A stretch of 55,636 nucleotides of DNA, from assembly GCA_043827405.1 (NCBI GenBank), contig JBDRPD010000008.1, forward strand, positions 1-55,636, given 5' to 3'. The notes beneath the pieces are model-generated. The model did no database searches, was not told the origin of the DNA, and was given only the letters and a program-made list of their open reading frames with translations. Shown here piece by piece: positions 31,536 through 43,500 of the stretch; the stretch's first letter is position 1; each line of letters begins with the position of its first letter. A program made the translations under genes and the position numbers. Source of the DNA: Elusimicrobiota bacterium (lineage in GTDB: Bacteria > Elusimicrobiota > Elusimicrobia > UBA1565).

Positions 31536-32411
31536 TCAGGGCAGATGCTGGACCAGTTCGCCGTAGGTTTCCGGCCGCCGGTCCCGGAAGAACTGCCAGG
31601 ACTTGCGCACCTCCAGAATCTGGTCGAAATCCAGCGTCGCCGTAATCAGTGCGTCCTTGTCGCGCGGAGCGATCTCCATGATCTGGCCCTTGGGGTCGCA
31701 GAAGTAGCTCTGGCCGTAGAATTCGCCGAAGCGCCAGGGCTTCTCGACGCCCACGCGGTTGATCGCTCCCACATAATACTGATTGGCGACGGCATGCGCC
31801 GGCTGTTCGAGCTTCCACAGGTACTCGGACTTGCCGGCGACGGTAGCCGAGGGATTAAAGACGATCTCCGCGCCGTTGAGGCCGAGGATCCGGGCCCCGT
31901 CGGGGAAGTGCCGGTCGTAGCAGATATAGACGCCGACCTTGCCGTAGGCGGTGGCGAAGACCGGATAGCCCAAATTGCCGGGCTTGAAGTAGAACTTCTC
32001 CCAGAAGCCGGGCCCGCAGTGCGGGATATGGTTCTTGCGGTAGCACCCGAGGATTTCGCCGTCGGCGTCGATGACGGCCGCGGTATTGTAATAGGTTCCG
32101 GGCTGCGGGGTTTCGTAGATCGGAACGACGATGACCATGCGGTACTTCTTGGCGTACTTCTGCATGAGCTTGGTCGTCGGGCCCGGGATCGTCTCGGCCG
32201 TGTCGTACCAGCGGGTATCCTGCTCGCAGCAGAAATAAGGTCCGCAAAAAATCTCCTGCAGGCAGAGCATTTGCACCTTCTGCTTGCCGGCCTGGTCGAT
32301 AAGCTTGATGTGCTTGTCGATCATCTTCTTCTTGATCTGCTCGAGCGAGTACTCCTCGGGCGACCAGTCGCAGGTCGTCTGGATCAAACCGCATTTGACG
32401 TTTCTAGCCAT
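31536..32411 (-). CDS. Nitrilase-family beta-ureidopropionase (N-carbamoyl-beta-alanine amidohydrolase)
   Basis: Catalytic triad LQE / YRKNHIP / ICYDRH; FFRDRRPE; operon with hydA. Confidence 0.9.
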   Translation of the reverse strand: MARNVKCGLIQTTCDWSPEEYSLEQIKKKMIDKHIKLIDQAGKQKVQMLCLQEIFCGPYFCCEQDTRWYDTAETIPGPTTKLMQKYAKKYRMVIVVPIYETPQPGTYYNTAAVIDADGEILGCYRKNHIPHCGPGFWEKFYFKPGNLGYPVFATAYGKVGVYICYDRHFPDGARILGLNGAEIVFNPSATVAGKSEYLWKLEQPAHAVANQYYVGAINRVGVEKPWRFGEFYGQSYFCDPKGQIMEIAPRDKDALITATLDFDQILEVRKSWQFFRDRRPETYGELVQHLP

Positions 32412-32424
32412 TTCTCCTCTCCGC

Positions 32425-32922
32425 TTATTTTTGGATTTGGGCGTTGAGTTGCTTAAGACGCTCTTTGACCGACGGCACGCCGAGCATCTCCTTTTCGAAT
32501 GAAAGGATGATGGGATCCTGCACCGGAAGCTTGAGCTCGTATGCTTTGGAATCGGAGTTGTACTCAAACTGCGTCCCGTAAATCTGTCCCTGCCGGATGC
32601 TCATGAGGTAACGGTCGAGCGAAGCGGCCAGGAGCCAGCGCGCGGTGCGGTGCCCGTTGAGCGCGGCGAGCGTCGCCAGCCGGTGCGCGATCAGAAAATC
32701 GCTCGACGTATTGCCGTGCTGGAACACGACCGCGGCATGGTAGAGGTCGCTTTTGGTCTTGATCTCATCAAGCTCCATCATCACCAGCAGCCGCTTGCGG
32801 CGCGTGGCATCACGGGTGCTGAGCTGCTCAACCGACTCCTTCGTGTCGTAGACCTTGGCCCGGTCTTGCTGGTCTTCCTCGAAGAGTTCCTGCAGTTTCA
32901 GGTTGTCCGTTTCAGGGGGCAT
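32425..32922 (-). CDS. Hypothetical protein, DUF6624-like
   Basis: DQQDR, FQHG, DRYL, QIYGTQF motifs. Confidence 0.65.
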   Translation of the reverse strand: MPPETDNLKLQELFEEDQQDRAKVYDTKESVEQLSTRDATRRKRLLVMMELDEIKTKSDLYHAAVVFQHGNTSSDFLIAHRLATLAALNGHRTARWLLAASLDRYLMSIRQGQIYGTQFEYNSDSKAYELKLPVQDPIILSFEKEMLGVPSVKERLKQLNAQIQK

Positions 32923-33025
32923 GACGAGAATCCGTTGCTAATAAATTTTCAGCTTCCGCCGAGTATATCATATTCGAACGGCGCGCAAAACATAAATAAC
33001 TTATTGATTTAAAGGATTTTCCGTA

Positions 33026-34327
33026 CTAGCGGGAGACGTCTTTGTAGCCTTTCGGCAGGGCGAAATCCTGTCGGTCCAGTTTCGGGCGCGTCTCTAGACC
33101 GTAGATTTCGGTATAGATCTCGTAGAACGGGACGGTAGCCAGCACCGTCCCGGGCGAACGGTCGCTGCTGGGCGGTTCGGCCTGGCGCACCTCTTCGAAG
33201 CCCTCTTCCTGCTCTTTGATGAGCAGGCGCAGCACGCTCTGCAGCTCTTTTTCGAACTTTGAATAGACCACCGGCTCCTGCGGCCAGGCCGTCCGCTTCT
33301 GCACCTGGACCATGCGCGAGCGCGGCTGCAGCGGCCCGAACGCGGCGCCCCCCACCTGGCGCCGGGTCCGGGAATACATGCGGTTGATCCGCTGTTCCGA
33401 ACGCCGCCAATCCACCGTATGAAATTGCTTCGGCTTGACCGGCGGCGGGCTGGAGCGCCGCCGGCCGGACTGGACCTCCCCCCCGAAACGCTCAGGCGAT
33501 ATATCCCCGAGCGCGACCTCCTTCTTCTTATCCGGCTCCGGCTTCTTGGTGTCCCGCCACCAGGACACCGAGGAAGCGACCGGGTAGCTCGGGAGCCCGC
33601 GCAGCCTTTCGCGTACGGTCTCAATAATCGGCAGCAGGTCCCCTTCGGAAACGCGCAGGTAGGCGGCGGCTTCCCGCAGCTGATAGCGCTCGTGATCGAG
33701 CGGCGAAAGCGCGCCCCCGGTCTTCTTCCGGTAGGCGTTCTCGAACGCGATCAGATCGAGGATATTCTTTGAGAGCTTCCCGGTGACCGGCGCCACCCAG
33801 ACATGCTGGTCCATGCGGGCCTGCTCCGTGCGCCCGTCCGGTCCCTCCAGCGTCATGCGCATATGCAGGTGATAATGGCCGCACTCCATGCCGAGCAGCT
33901 GCCGGGTGTGCTGCTTCTTGGTCAAGGTGATTTCGCGCGCGACGATGCTCCACTGTGAGCGGCCGCGCCGCAGCTCCCCGCGCAGGCCGTGGCCGTAATC
34001 GACGTCGTCCAGCGGCGCCCGTGAGAACGTCTTCTTTTCGGGATTCACCACGACGCGCCGGCCGGCGTGAAGGTCGATGATCTGGATCAGGCGCTGCGGA
34101 TCCTTCTCCTCCCGCCCGTCGCGCAGCTTGCGCGCATAGCCCGAGACCAGCCGCATCTTCCCCTCCTGGACTTCCACCCAGGTCTTGCCGAAGATGCCGT
34201 CCTGGCCGCGGCTGGTCTGCCCCTGCACGATCTGCACGAACGAGAGGTCGGCGAAAGCGGAGGCGGGCAGCAGGCACGTCAGGAGAAACAGCCGGAGGAT
34301 GCCGAACGCGTCAAACCAGGCTCTCAC
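33026..34327 (-). CDS. Hypothetical secreted protein (DUF4412-like N-terminal fold possible)
   Basis: Signal peptide ...ASAFA; KMRL...IIDL...VNPEKKTF...GMECGHY pattern. Confidence 0.65.
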   Translation of the reverse strand: MRAWFDAFGILRLFLLTCLLPASAFADLSFVQIVQGQTSRGQDGIFGKTWVEVQEGKMRLVSGYARKLRDGREEKDPQRLIQIIDLHAGRRVVVNPEKKTFSRAPLDDVDYGHGLRGELRRGRSQWSIVAREITLTKKQHTRQLLGMECGHYHLHMRMTLEGPDGRTEQARMDQHVWVAPVTGKLSKNILDLIAFENAYRKKTGGALSPLDHERYQLREAAAYLRVSEGDLLPIIETVRERLRGLPSYPVASSVSWWRDTKKPEPDKKKEVALGDISPERFGGEVQSGRRRSSPPPVKPKQFHTVDWRRSEQRINRMYSRTRRQVGGAAFGPLQPRSRMVQVQKRTAWPQEPVVYSKFEKELQSVLRLLIKEQEEGFEEVRQAEPPSSDRSPGTVLATVPFYEIYTEIYGLETRPKLDRQDFALPKGYKDVSR

Positions 34328-34687
34328 CTATCCAGAATAACAGGAAACACCTTGCTCGGCAATAGTGATTCCGTTGTGTGATTCCGTTGTGGGAACACTT
34401 TCGGGCGAGCATTCGCAACGCAGGCATGATCCGCGGGACTTGCCAACGACGTCAGCTTGCTTACGGCTGCGGCCGCTGGGCCTCAGGCCCGCATTTGCGT
34501 GCCGGCTCCTTACTCGCTGCCGTCCAAAACGCGCCGCCAGGTATCCAGCCGAGCTTCCATCGCGTCGCCAGCAAGAACTCGCCGGGAGGGGTCCGGCGCA
34601 TTCGCTGCGGCGCGCGTTTGGTAAAAACGACCGCCTCATTGAACCCTTGCAGAATCCTGACCGGCCGCTTGTATAGGGATCCCATAG

Positions 34688-34727
34688 CGTATGGCGATAA
34701 CATAGTTAACTATGTTATCGCCATACG
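34688..34727. repeat. Perfect 40-bp palindrome
   Basis: CGTATGGCGATAACATAGTT|AACTATGTTATCGCCATACG, no loop. Confidence 0.9.
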
Positions 34728-34821
34728 GGAATAAAAGTCTCTATGGCCGCCCCGGAACCGACATCGGCACTTTCCCATGCGGCGAGCGGCTTTCGCCCCG
34801 TCCGGCTGCGCCGGGAGCGCG

Positions 34822-36282
34822 CTAGCGGACGACGGAGGGGATGGCGGCCAAATTCTTGGGGAACATCTCGGAAGACGCCTGGGCGGCGGAAATGAAAACT
34901 TCGGGGAAGATGCCGATCGCAAAGATCGCGATGACGGAGAGCGCCAGGGCGCAAGAGATGAAGTAGCCCATCTCCACGGGCCGCTCGGTGCGCGCCTCTT
35001 TGAAGAACATATGGTAAACGATGCGCATGTAGTAGTAGACCGAAACCACGGAGTTGAGCACCGCGATGACGGCCAGCCAGTAGAAGTGGCTCTGCACGGC
35101 CGCGGCGAAGAGGTACAGCTTCGCGACGAAGCCCGCCAGCGGCGGGATGCCGGCCAAAGACAGCATGAAGAAGGCCATCGCCAGCGCCAGGCCGAGACTG
35201 CGCCGCGCCAGGCCGTCGTATGCTTCAATCTCGTAGCCCTCTTCATTGCCCAGCAGGATGACGACGCTGAAGGCCCCGACATTCATGAACACGTAGACCA
35301 TGGAATACAGCAGGATGCCTTCGCGCCCCAGCAGGTCCCCGGTCACGAAACCGATCAGCATATAGCCCGCTTGCGCGATCGACGAGTAGGCGAGGAGGCG
35401 CTTCACATTGTGCTGGAAGATCGCCGTAAGATTGCCGACCGTCATGGTCAGAACGGCGAGCACCGACAGCAGGAAGGTGAGGTCCATGGCCCCGTGCGGG
35501 ATGAAGTGGGTGAACACTCTCAGCATCACCGCCAGCCCGGCGATTTTGGGCGCGATCGAAAGGAAGGTCGTCACCGGCGTGGGCGCCCCTTCATAGGCGT
35601 CGGGGACCCAGAAGTGAAACGGCACCAGCGAAACCTTGAACCCGAAGCCGACCAGGATCAGCAGACAGGAGGTGATAAACATCACCGAAGTCCCGGGATT
35701 CATGATCAGCGGCATGCTGGAAAGCTGGGTGGTGCCGGCGGCGCCGTAGAAAAGCGAGATGCCGTAGACCATGATCGCCGACGAGAAGGCGCCGATAAGG
35801 AAGTACTTGATGGCGCCTTCGGCGGATTTCATCTCCCGGTATTCGTAGCCCACTAAAATAAACGACGTTATCGAGACCAGCTCGAGGGAGAGAAAGATCA
35901 GCAGGAAGTTGGTCGCGGAAACAAGCAGCATCATCCCCGCGGCCGAAAGCAGCAGCAGCGCGGTGAAGCTTCCCAGATGGCCGTGACGAACGGCGGGGCG
36001 GTACTCGTTCGCCAGCGCCAGGACCAGTATCGTCGTCGCCAGGATGAGAACCTTAAAATACATCGCCAGCGGGTCCACCGCCCACAAAGTCCCAAGCTTC
36101 TGAAAATGTCCCGCGCTGGAGAACGCGATGCCGAGGATGCCCAGAGATACGCAGGCCGCCAGGATTCCCAAATGGTACAGCAGCTTGCCCCGGGCCTTAT
36201 CCCACCACAAATCCGCCATGAGCAGCGCCAGCGCGCATACGCTCAGGGCAATTTCCGGATAGAGCAGGTATAGATTTTCCAT
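34822..36282 (-). CDS. nuoN: NADH-quinone oxidoreductase subunit N
   Basis: EGAIKYF, FKVSLVPFHFWVPDAYEGAPTP, KRLLAYSSIA, LAGIPP. Confidence 0.98.
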   Translation of the reverse strand: MENLYLLYPEIALSVCALALLMADLWWDKARGKLLYHLGILAACVSLGILGIAFSSAGHFQKLGTLWAVDPLAMYFKVLILATTILVLALANEYRPAVRHGHLGSFTALLLLSAAGMMLLVSATNFLLIFLSLELVSITSFILVGYEYREMKSAEGAIKYFLIGAFSSAIMVYGISLFYGAAGTTQLSSMPLIMNPGTSVMFITSCLLILVGFGFKVSLVPFHFWVPDAYEGAPTPVTTFLSIAPKIAGLAVMLRVFTHFIPHGAMDLTFLLSVLAVLTMTVGNLTAIFQHNVKRLLAYSSIAQAGYMLIGFVTGDLLGREGILLYSMVYVFMNVGAFSVVILLGNEEGYEIEAYDGLARRSLGLALAMAFFMLSLAGIPPLAGFVAKLYLFAAAVQSHFYWLAVIAVLNSVVSVYYYMRIVYHMFFKEARTERPVEMGYFISCALALSVIAIFAIGIFPEVFISAAQASSEMFPKNLAAIPSVVR

Positions 36283-36288
36283 GCGGGC

Positions 36289-37791
36289 TTAGGGCAGCCT
36301 CACCAGCTGAAACATGTCCGGGAACAGCCCCGCGATGTATATGAGCGTCGGGTTCATCAGGTCCAGCGCCAGCCGCGGCCAGACGCCGAGCACCAGCGTC
36401 AGCACCGCCAGCGGTACGACGGCCAGCAGCTCGCGGGTGTTCATATCCGGCAGCTCGGCCCATTTTTCATTGAGCGGTCCTAAAAAGACCTTCTGCAGCA
36501 TGCGCAAGAAAAAGGCGGCGGTGACGAGAATGCCGGAAACCGACAGAACCGTCCACAGCGGCCAGGCCGGGAAAGCGCCGAGGAAGCACAGGAACTCGGA
36601 AACGAAGCCCGCCAGCCCGGGCAGCCCGAGCGACGCCATCGCCGTCAGCGTCATAAGCCCCGCGTAAACCGGGACCTTGGCGCCCAGCCCGCCGAACGCC
36701 GTCAGGTCGCGCGTATGCGCCCGGTCATAGAGCACGCCGACCAGCATGAAGAGGGCGCCGGTAATCAGGCCATGATTGATCATCTGCAGAACGGCGCCGT
36801 TGAAACCCGTGGCGGATACCGCCGCGATCCCCAGCATGCAATAGCCCATATGGTTGATCGAGGAGTAGGCGACCATCTTCTTCATGTCGGTTTGCGCCAT
36901 GGCGCATAACGCGCCGTAGAGGATATTGATAAAGGCGATCACGACGAAGATCGGCAGGAACCACTCAAATCCCGCGGGCAGCATCGAATAGGTGATGCGC
37001 AGGATGCCGTAGACGCCCATCTTCAGCAGCACCGCGGCCAGAATCACGCTGACGGGCGTCGGCGCCTCGACGTGCGCCAGCGGCAGCCAGGTATGGAACG
37101 GGAAAGCCGGAATCTTGACCGACAGCCCCAGATAGAAGCCCAGAAACACGATCACCTGGAACCGCAGCGGCCACTCGTGGTGCTTGGTCATCAGCTCGAG
37201 CATGTCGAAGCTGCGGCCGGACTTGAAGTACAGCGCCAGGATGCCGAGCAGCATGAAGACGCTGCCGCACAGCGTGAACAGGAAGAATTTGATCGCCGCG
37301 TATTCCTTCTTGGGACCGCCCCAGATGCCGATCAGGAAATACATCGGGACCAAGGTGATCTCCCAGAACACGTAGAAGAGGAACATGTCGAGCGCGCAGA
37401 AGACGCCGATCATCGACATCTCCAGGACGAGAAACCAGAAGAAGAACTCCTTGACGCGCAGGGTGATGTTGAGGGCGTAGACTCCGGCCAGCAGGCACAT
37501 CAGCGCGGTGAGGAGCACCAGGGGAAACGACAGTCCGTCGACGCCCATCGCATAGTGGATATTAAACGACGGCACCCAGTTCAAGCGCTCCATGAACTGC
37601 ATGGGCAGGGCGTCCATCTGCTGCGGGCTGCCGGGCTCGAACGCACCCAGCATAAAAAGGGCCATGGCGAAGGTCACTCCCATCGTCGAGAGAGCGACGA
37701 TGCGAATCGCTTTAACCCTCTCCTTGGGTACGGCGAGCACGGCCAAGGCCCCGGCGAGAGGCGCGAAAGTGACGAAGCTGAGAATGCCCAT
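36289..37791 (-). CDS. nuoM: NADH-quinone oxidoreductase subunit M
   Basis: FYVFWE, PFHTWLPLAHVEAPT, LKMGVYG, AYSSINHMG. Confidence 0.98.
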   Translation of the reverse strand: MGILSFVTFAPLAGALAVLAVPKERVKAIRIVALSTMGVTFAMALFMLGAFEPGSPQQMDALPMQFMERLNWVPSFNIHYAMGVDGLSFPLVLLTALMCLLAGVYALNITLRVKEFFFWFLVLEMSMIGVFCALDMFLFYVFWEITLVPMYFLIGIWGGPKKEYAAIKFFLFTLCGSVFMLLGILALYFKSGRSFDMLELMTKHHEWPLRFQVIVFLGFYLGLSVKIPAFPFHTWLPLAHVEAPTPVSVILAAVLLKMGVYGILRITYSMLPAGFEWFLPIFVVIAFINILYGALCAMAQTDMKKMVAYSSINHMGYCMLGIAAVSATGFNGAVLQMINHGLITGALFMLVGVLYDRAHTRDLTAFGGLGAKVPVYAGLMTLTAMASLGLPGLAGFVSEFLCFLGAFPAWPLWTVLSVSGILVTAAFFLRMLQKVFLGPLNEKWAELPDMNTRELLAVVPLAVLTLVLGVWPRLALDLMNPTLIYIAGLFPDMFQLVRLP

Positions 37792-37796
37792 GCAAC

Positions 37797-39743
<1,947 letters not shown>

Positions 39744-39744
39744 A

Positions 39745-40050
39745 TCAGCCTTTCAGCAGGTCCATCTCATCGGGGTAGAGGGTATCCGCGCTGCGGTAGA
39801 TTGCGACGACGAGCGCCAGCCCGACCACGATCTCCGCGGCGGCGACGGCCATAATAAACAGCGACACGGTATTGCCGATGACCTCCTGCGGATGCAGGAA
39901 ACGGTTAAACGCCGCGAGATTGATATTGGCCGCGTTGAACATCAGCTCGATGCCCATCAGGATGCCGATAACGTTGCGGCGCGTCAGCGCGCCGAACAGG
40001 CCGATCATGAACAGCAGCGCGCTGAGGGCGAGATAGTGGCTCAGCGTCAT
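39745..40050 (-). CDS. nuoK: NADH-quinone oxidoreductase subunit K
   Basis: LMGIELMFNAANIN, VAAAE..VGLAL. Confidence 0.97.
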   Translation of the reverse strand: MTLSHYLALSALLFMIGLFGALTRRNVIGILMGIELMFNAANINLAAFNRFLHPQEVIGNTVSLFIMAVAAAEIVVGLALVVAIYRSADTLYPDEMDLLKG

Positions 40051-40535
40051 CCGGACTCCTGGCGGGTAAAAAGGATGGCTCCGACGAGCGCCGCGATAAG
40101 GATCAGCGAAATCAGTTCGAACGGCACGGCGAAGGCGCCCATCAGCAGCCTGCCGATCGCGTCGGTCGTCGGCCGCGCCGGCAGCGGCGCGGTCACGCCG
40201 CGGAAGGCCGCGATCGACCCCCACAACCCCCACAGGACGCCGCAGCAAATGAGCAGCGCCGCAACCCACTGGTTATTGGTCTGCGGCTTGTTGAGCTCGG
40301 ATTTGCGCCCCGCGAGCATGACGACGTAAAGGATCAGCACCGCGATGCCGCTGACGTAGAGCAGGATCTGCGCCGCGAACAGGAAGTCCGCGCCCAAAGA
40401 GCCGAATATCCCGGCGACGCCCAGCAGCGCGAGCCCGAGAAACAGCGCGCAGTGCAGAACGCTGCGCAGCAGCACGACGCACAGCGCCGAGCCGAGGATG
40501 ATGGCGGCGAGAATGTAGAAAACCGCTTGTTCCAT
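40047..40535 (-). CDS. nuoJ: NADH-quinone oxidoreductase subunit J
   Basis: AQILLYVSGIAVL, PFELISLIL. Confidence 0.95.
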   Translation of the reverse strand: MEQAVFYILAAIILGSALCVVLLRSVLHCALFLGLALLGVAGIFGSLGADFLFAAQILLYVSGIAVLILYVVMLAGRKSELNKPQTNNQWVAALLICCGVLWGLWGSIAAFRGVTAPLPARPTTDAIGRLLMGAFAVPFELISLILIAALVGAILFTRQESG

Positions 40536-40536
40536 A

Positions 40537-41046
40537 TCAGCGGCGCCCCTGAACCTTCTGCATCAGCACCTGACCGGAGGGGTCCTTGAACTCGCCGCTG
40601 TCCCGGTCACGGACCTTGCCCACGTAGCCGAAGCCCTGCCGCCAGCAGCGGACCATGTCCTCGCGGCCGTCGAATGCCAGCTCGTAGTCGAGCGAGTGCC
40701 ACACGGACTTCGGCGTGGTCGGGCAGGCCTCCTCGCACAAGCGGCAGAAGTTGCATTTGCCCAAATCGATTGAGTACCAGTCGACCTTGGCGATCTTCTT
40801 GCCCGCCTCGTTCTTCGCGTTCTCCAGGACGATGCATGATGAGGGGCAGGCTTTCGCGCATTGGCTGCACGAGATGCAGGTCTCCGGGTCAAACAGCAGG
40901 ACGCCCCGGTACTCCGCGTAGGGCACCAGCTTCTCCGTCGGATACTGCACGGTGAACGCGGGCTTGAGCATGGTCCGCAGCGTAACCCGCATCCCCTTAA
41001 GCAGGCTGACGCAGTCCCGGAATATTTCGCCGAAGTAGCCGGTCAT
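40537..41046 (-). CDS. nuoI: NADH-quinone oxidoreductase subunit I
   Basis: TVQYP, CISCSQCAKACP and CNFCRLCEEACP. Confidence 0.96.
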   Translation of the reverse strand: MTGYFGEIFRDCVSLLKGMRVTLRTMLKPAFTVQYPTEKLVPYAEYRGVLLFDPETCISCSQCAKACPSSCIVLENAKNEAGKKIAKVDWYSIDLGKCNFCRLCEEACPTTPKSVWHSLDYELAFDGREDMVRCWRQGFGYVGKVRDRDSGEFKDPSGQVLMQKVQGRR

Positions 41047-42365
41047 CCGAATAGCACGTAGAGCCCCGTAATAGCGATATTGGCGAACGTCCACGGCAGC
41101 AGGAACTTCCAGCATAAATCCATAACCCGGTCGACCCGAAACCGCGGGAATGTCCAGCGAAACCACATAAACACGAAGACCATCAGGGTCACCTTGGCGA
41201 GAAACCACAGCCAGCTGGGGACAAAGCTCAGCGCCGCCAGCGGCGCGGTGCCGCCGCCCAGGAAGAAAGTCGCGGCCAGGCAGCAGGACAGAACCACGTA
41301 CGCGTACTCCGCCAGGAAAAAGAGCGCGAACTTCATGCCCGAGTATTCGGTGTGAAAGCCCGACACCAGCTCCGATTCCGCCTCCGGGAGATCGAAGGGG
41401 ATGCGGTTGGTCTCGGCCACCGAAGCGATGAGGAAGATCAGAAAAGCGAGCTGTCCCACGACGGGGTAGAAGATGAACCACTTCGGCAGCAGGCCCAGCC
41501 AATAGCCGCTCTGCGCCTCGGCCACCACGGCCAGGTTCAGGGAGCCCGCCAGCATAACGACCGGCACGACCGAGAACGTCCGCGGCAGCTCGTAGCTCAC
41601 GAGCTGGGCGGCGGAGCGCAGCCCGCCGAGCAGCGAATACTTGTTTCCCGAGCTCCAGCCCGCCATCATGATTCCGACGACCGAGATGCCCGCCATGGCG
41701 AAGATATAGAGGATGCCGATGTCGATATTCGCGGCCGCGAGCTCGCGGCCGAAGGATACGGGGGCAAAAGACATGAGCGCCGGCGCCACCACCACCGCCG
41801 GCGCCAGCAAGTGCACCCATTTATCGGCGGCGGCGGGAGTTATATTCTCCTTGAGCAGCAGCTTCACCGTATCGGCCACGGTTTGCAGGCAGCCGTGAAA
41901 GCCGCCGACGTACATCGGCCCGAAACGCGACTGCATGTGCGCCGAGATCTTGCGCTCCCACCAGACGATGAACAGCGGCGCCAAGGGTATCAGCGCGATG
42001 ACCAAAACAGTTTTAAACAAGGACCATAGTCCCTGCGCCGCGGCCGCGCCGCCCCCCCCAAACAGCCCCGCGGTCAGCCGGGACAGGGCGGCATATCCGG
42101 GATCGGCGAAACGCGAAATCTCGCCGATCGCCGTCGCGATCAAGGCGAGGCCGATGATGATGCCGGCCAGCATCGCGGCGCCCGCGCGATAGGTCGGGCG
42201 CGACCACGGGTCGGCCCATACCGTCGTCGGCCACAGCCGGTCGCCGTGCAGCAGGCGGCCGTGCTCTTCGTTAAACACCGCCTGGGGATAGTCCGCCAGC
42301 GTCTTTTTCTTGGGCTTGGGCGCCGGCTTCGCCGGTTCTTTCTTTTCCTCTTCCTTCCCGCTCAT
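41043..42365 (-). CDS. nuoH: NADH-quinone oxidoreductase subunit H with N-terminal extension
   Basis: ERKISAHMQSRFGP, KLLLKE, AETNRIPFDLPEAESELVSGFHTEYSG. Confidence 0.97.
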   Translation of the reverse strand: MSGKEEEKKEPAKPAPKPKKKTLADYPQAVFNEEHGRLLHGDRLWPTTVWADPWSRPTYRAGAAMLAGIIIGLALIATAIGEISRFADPGYAALSRLTAGLFGGGGAAAAQGLWSLFKTVLVIALIPLAPLFIVWWERKISAHMQSRFGPMYVGGFHGCLQTVADTVKLLLKENITPAAADKWVHLLAPAVVVAPALMSFAPVSFGRELAAANIDIGILYIFAMAGISVVGIMMAGWSSGNKYSLLGGLRSAAQLVSYELPRTFSVVPVVMLAGSLNLAVVAEAQSGYWLGLLPKWFIFYPVVGQLAFLIFLIASVAETNRIPFDLPEAESELVSGFHTEYSGMKFALFFLAEYAYVVLSCCLAATFFLGGGTAPLAALSFVPSWLWFLAKVTLMVFVFMWFRWTFPRFRVDRVMDLCWKFLLPWTFANIAITGLYVLFG

Positions 42366-42369
42366 AAAA

Positions 42370-43500
42370 CTACCGGTCCACTTCTCCCAAAACGATGTCG
42401 ATGGATCCCAGAATCGCCACCACATCGGCGATCCGCTGGCCGATCAGGCATTCCTGCAGAATCTGCAGATTAATGAAGCTCGGGGCGCGGATATGGAAGC
42501 GATACGGCGACGTATTGCCGTCGGAAATCAGGTGCACGCCGAGGTCGCCGCGGGCGCCTTCGATATGGGCGTAGGCTTCGCCGGCCGGCAGCCGCGGAAT
42601 CTTGGCGAATCCGCGGCCCATTATCGGTCCGTCTTCGAGCATATGCAGCGCCTGTTCGACGATGCGCACCGACTGCCGCAGCTCCCGCACGCGGCACATG
42701 TAGCGGTCGAAGCAGGAGCCGGTCCGGCCGAGCGGAACCGTGAAATCATACTGGTCGTAGCCGGAGTACGGCTCGAACTTCCGCACGTCGAAATCCACTC
42801 CGGAAGCCCGCAGGTTGGCGCCGGAAAGCCCCCACTCAAGCGCCTGCTCCGGGGAAATCAGGCCCACCGTTTCCGTGCGGTCGCGGAAGATCGGGTTATC
42901 GCTGAGCAGATCGTCGTATTCCGGCAGGCGCTCCTTAAAATGGGTGAAAAACTCGTCCGCCTTCGCCTGCCAGCCGGACGGCAGATCCTTCATTACGCCG
43001 CCGAGCCGGATATAGTTGAACGTGAGCCGGGCTCCGCATGCCATCTCGAAGAGGTCGAGAATCATTTCGCGCTCGCGGAAAAAATGCAGGAAGGCCGTCC
43101 AGGCTCCCAGGTCGACGCCGTAGGTGCCCATGAACAGCAGGTGGCTGGCGATGCGGTTGAGCTCGCACATGATCACGCGCAGACGCTGCGCGCGCGGCGG
43201 GATCTCGACTCCGGCCAGCCGTTCCGCGGCGAGACAGGTGACGAGGTTGTTATTCATCGCCGAGATGTAGTCCCAGCGGTCGCTGAGCATCACGCCCTGA
43301 TGGTAGCCGCGGATTTCGGCCAGCTTCTCGGTTCCCCGGTGCAGATAGCCCACGTCCGGCTCGGCCTTTACGATGATCTCGCCCTCGATGGTCAGCCCGA
43401 CGCGGAGCACGCCGTGCGTGCTCGGATGCTGCGGCCCGAGATTGATAAACATCTGATCGGTCTTAAGCTCGGCTTCGCTCGCGGCGGTCGGCTGTCCCAT
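42370..43500 (-). CDS. nuoD: NADH-quinone oxidoreductase subunit D
   Basis: NLGPQHPSTHGVLR, GYLHRGTEK, DRWDY, GEVDR; no NiFe cysteines. Confidence 0.98.
   Translation of the reverse strand: MGQPTAASEAELKTDQMFINLGPQHPSTHGVLRVGLTIEGEIIVKAEPDVGYLHRGTEKLAEIRGYHQGVMLSDRWDYISAMNNNLVTCLAAERLAGVEIPPRAQRLRVIMCELNRIASHLLFMGTYGVDLGAWTAFLHFFREREMILDLFEMACGARLTFNYIRLGGVMKDLPSGWQAKADEFFTHFKERLPEYDDLLSDNPIFRDRTETVGLISPEQALEWGLSGANLRASGVDFDVRKFEPYSGYDQYDFTVPLGRTGSCFDRYMCRVRELRQSVRIVEQALHMLEDGPIMGRGFAKIPRLPAGEAYAHIEGARGDLGVHLISDGNTSPYRFHIRAPSFINLQILQECLIGQRIADVVAILGSIDIVLGEVDR

Noticed and set aside
34328..34734. Several short ORFs in the region downstream of nuoN
   Set aside because: Mutually overlapping, Arg/Pro/Cys-rich, no SD or codon bias; region treated as non-coding
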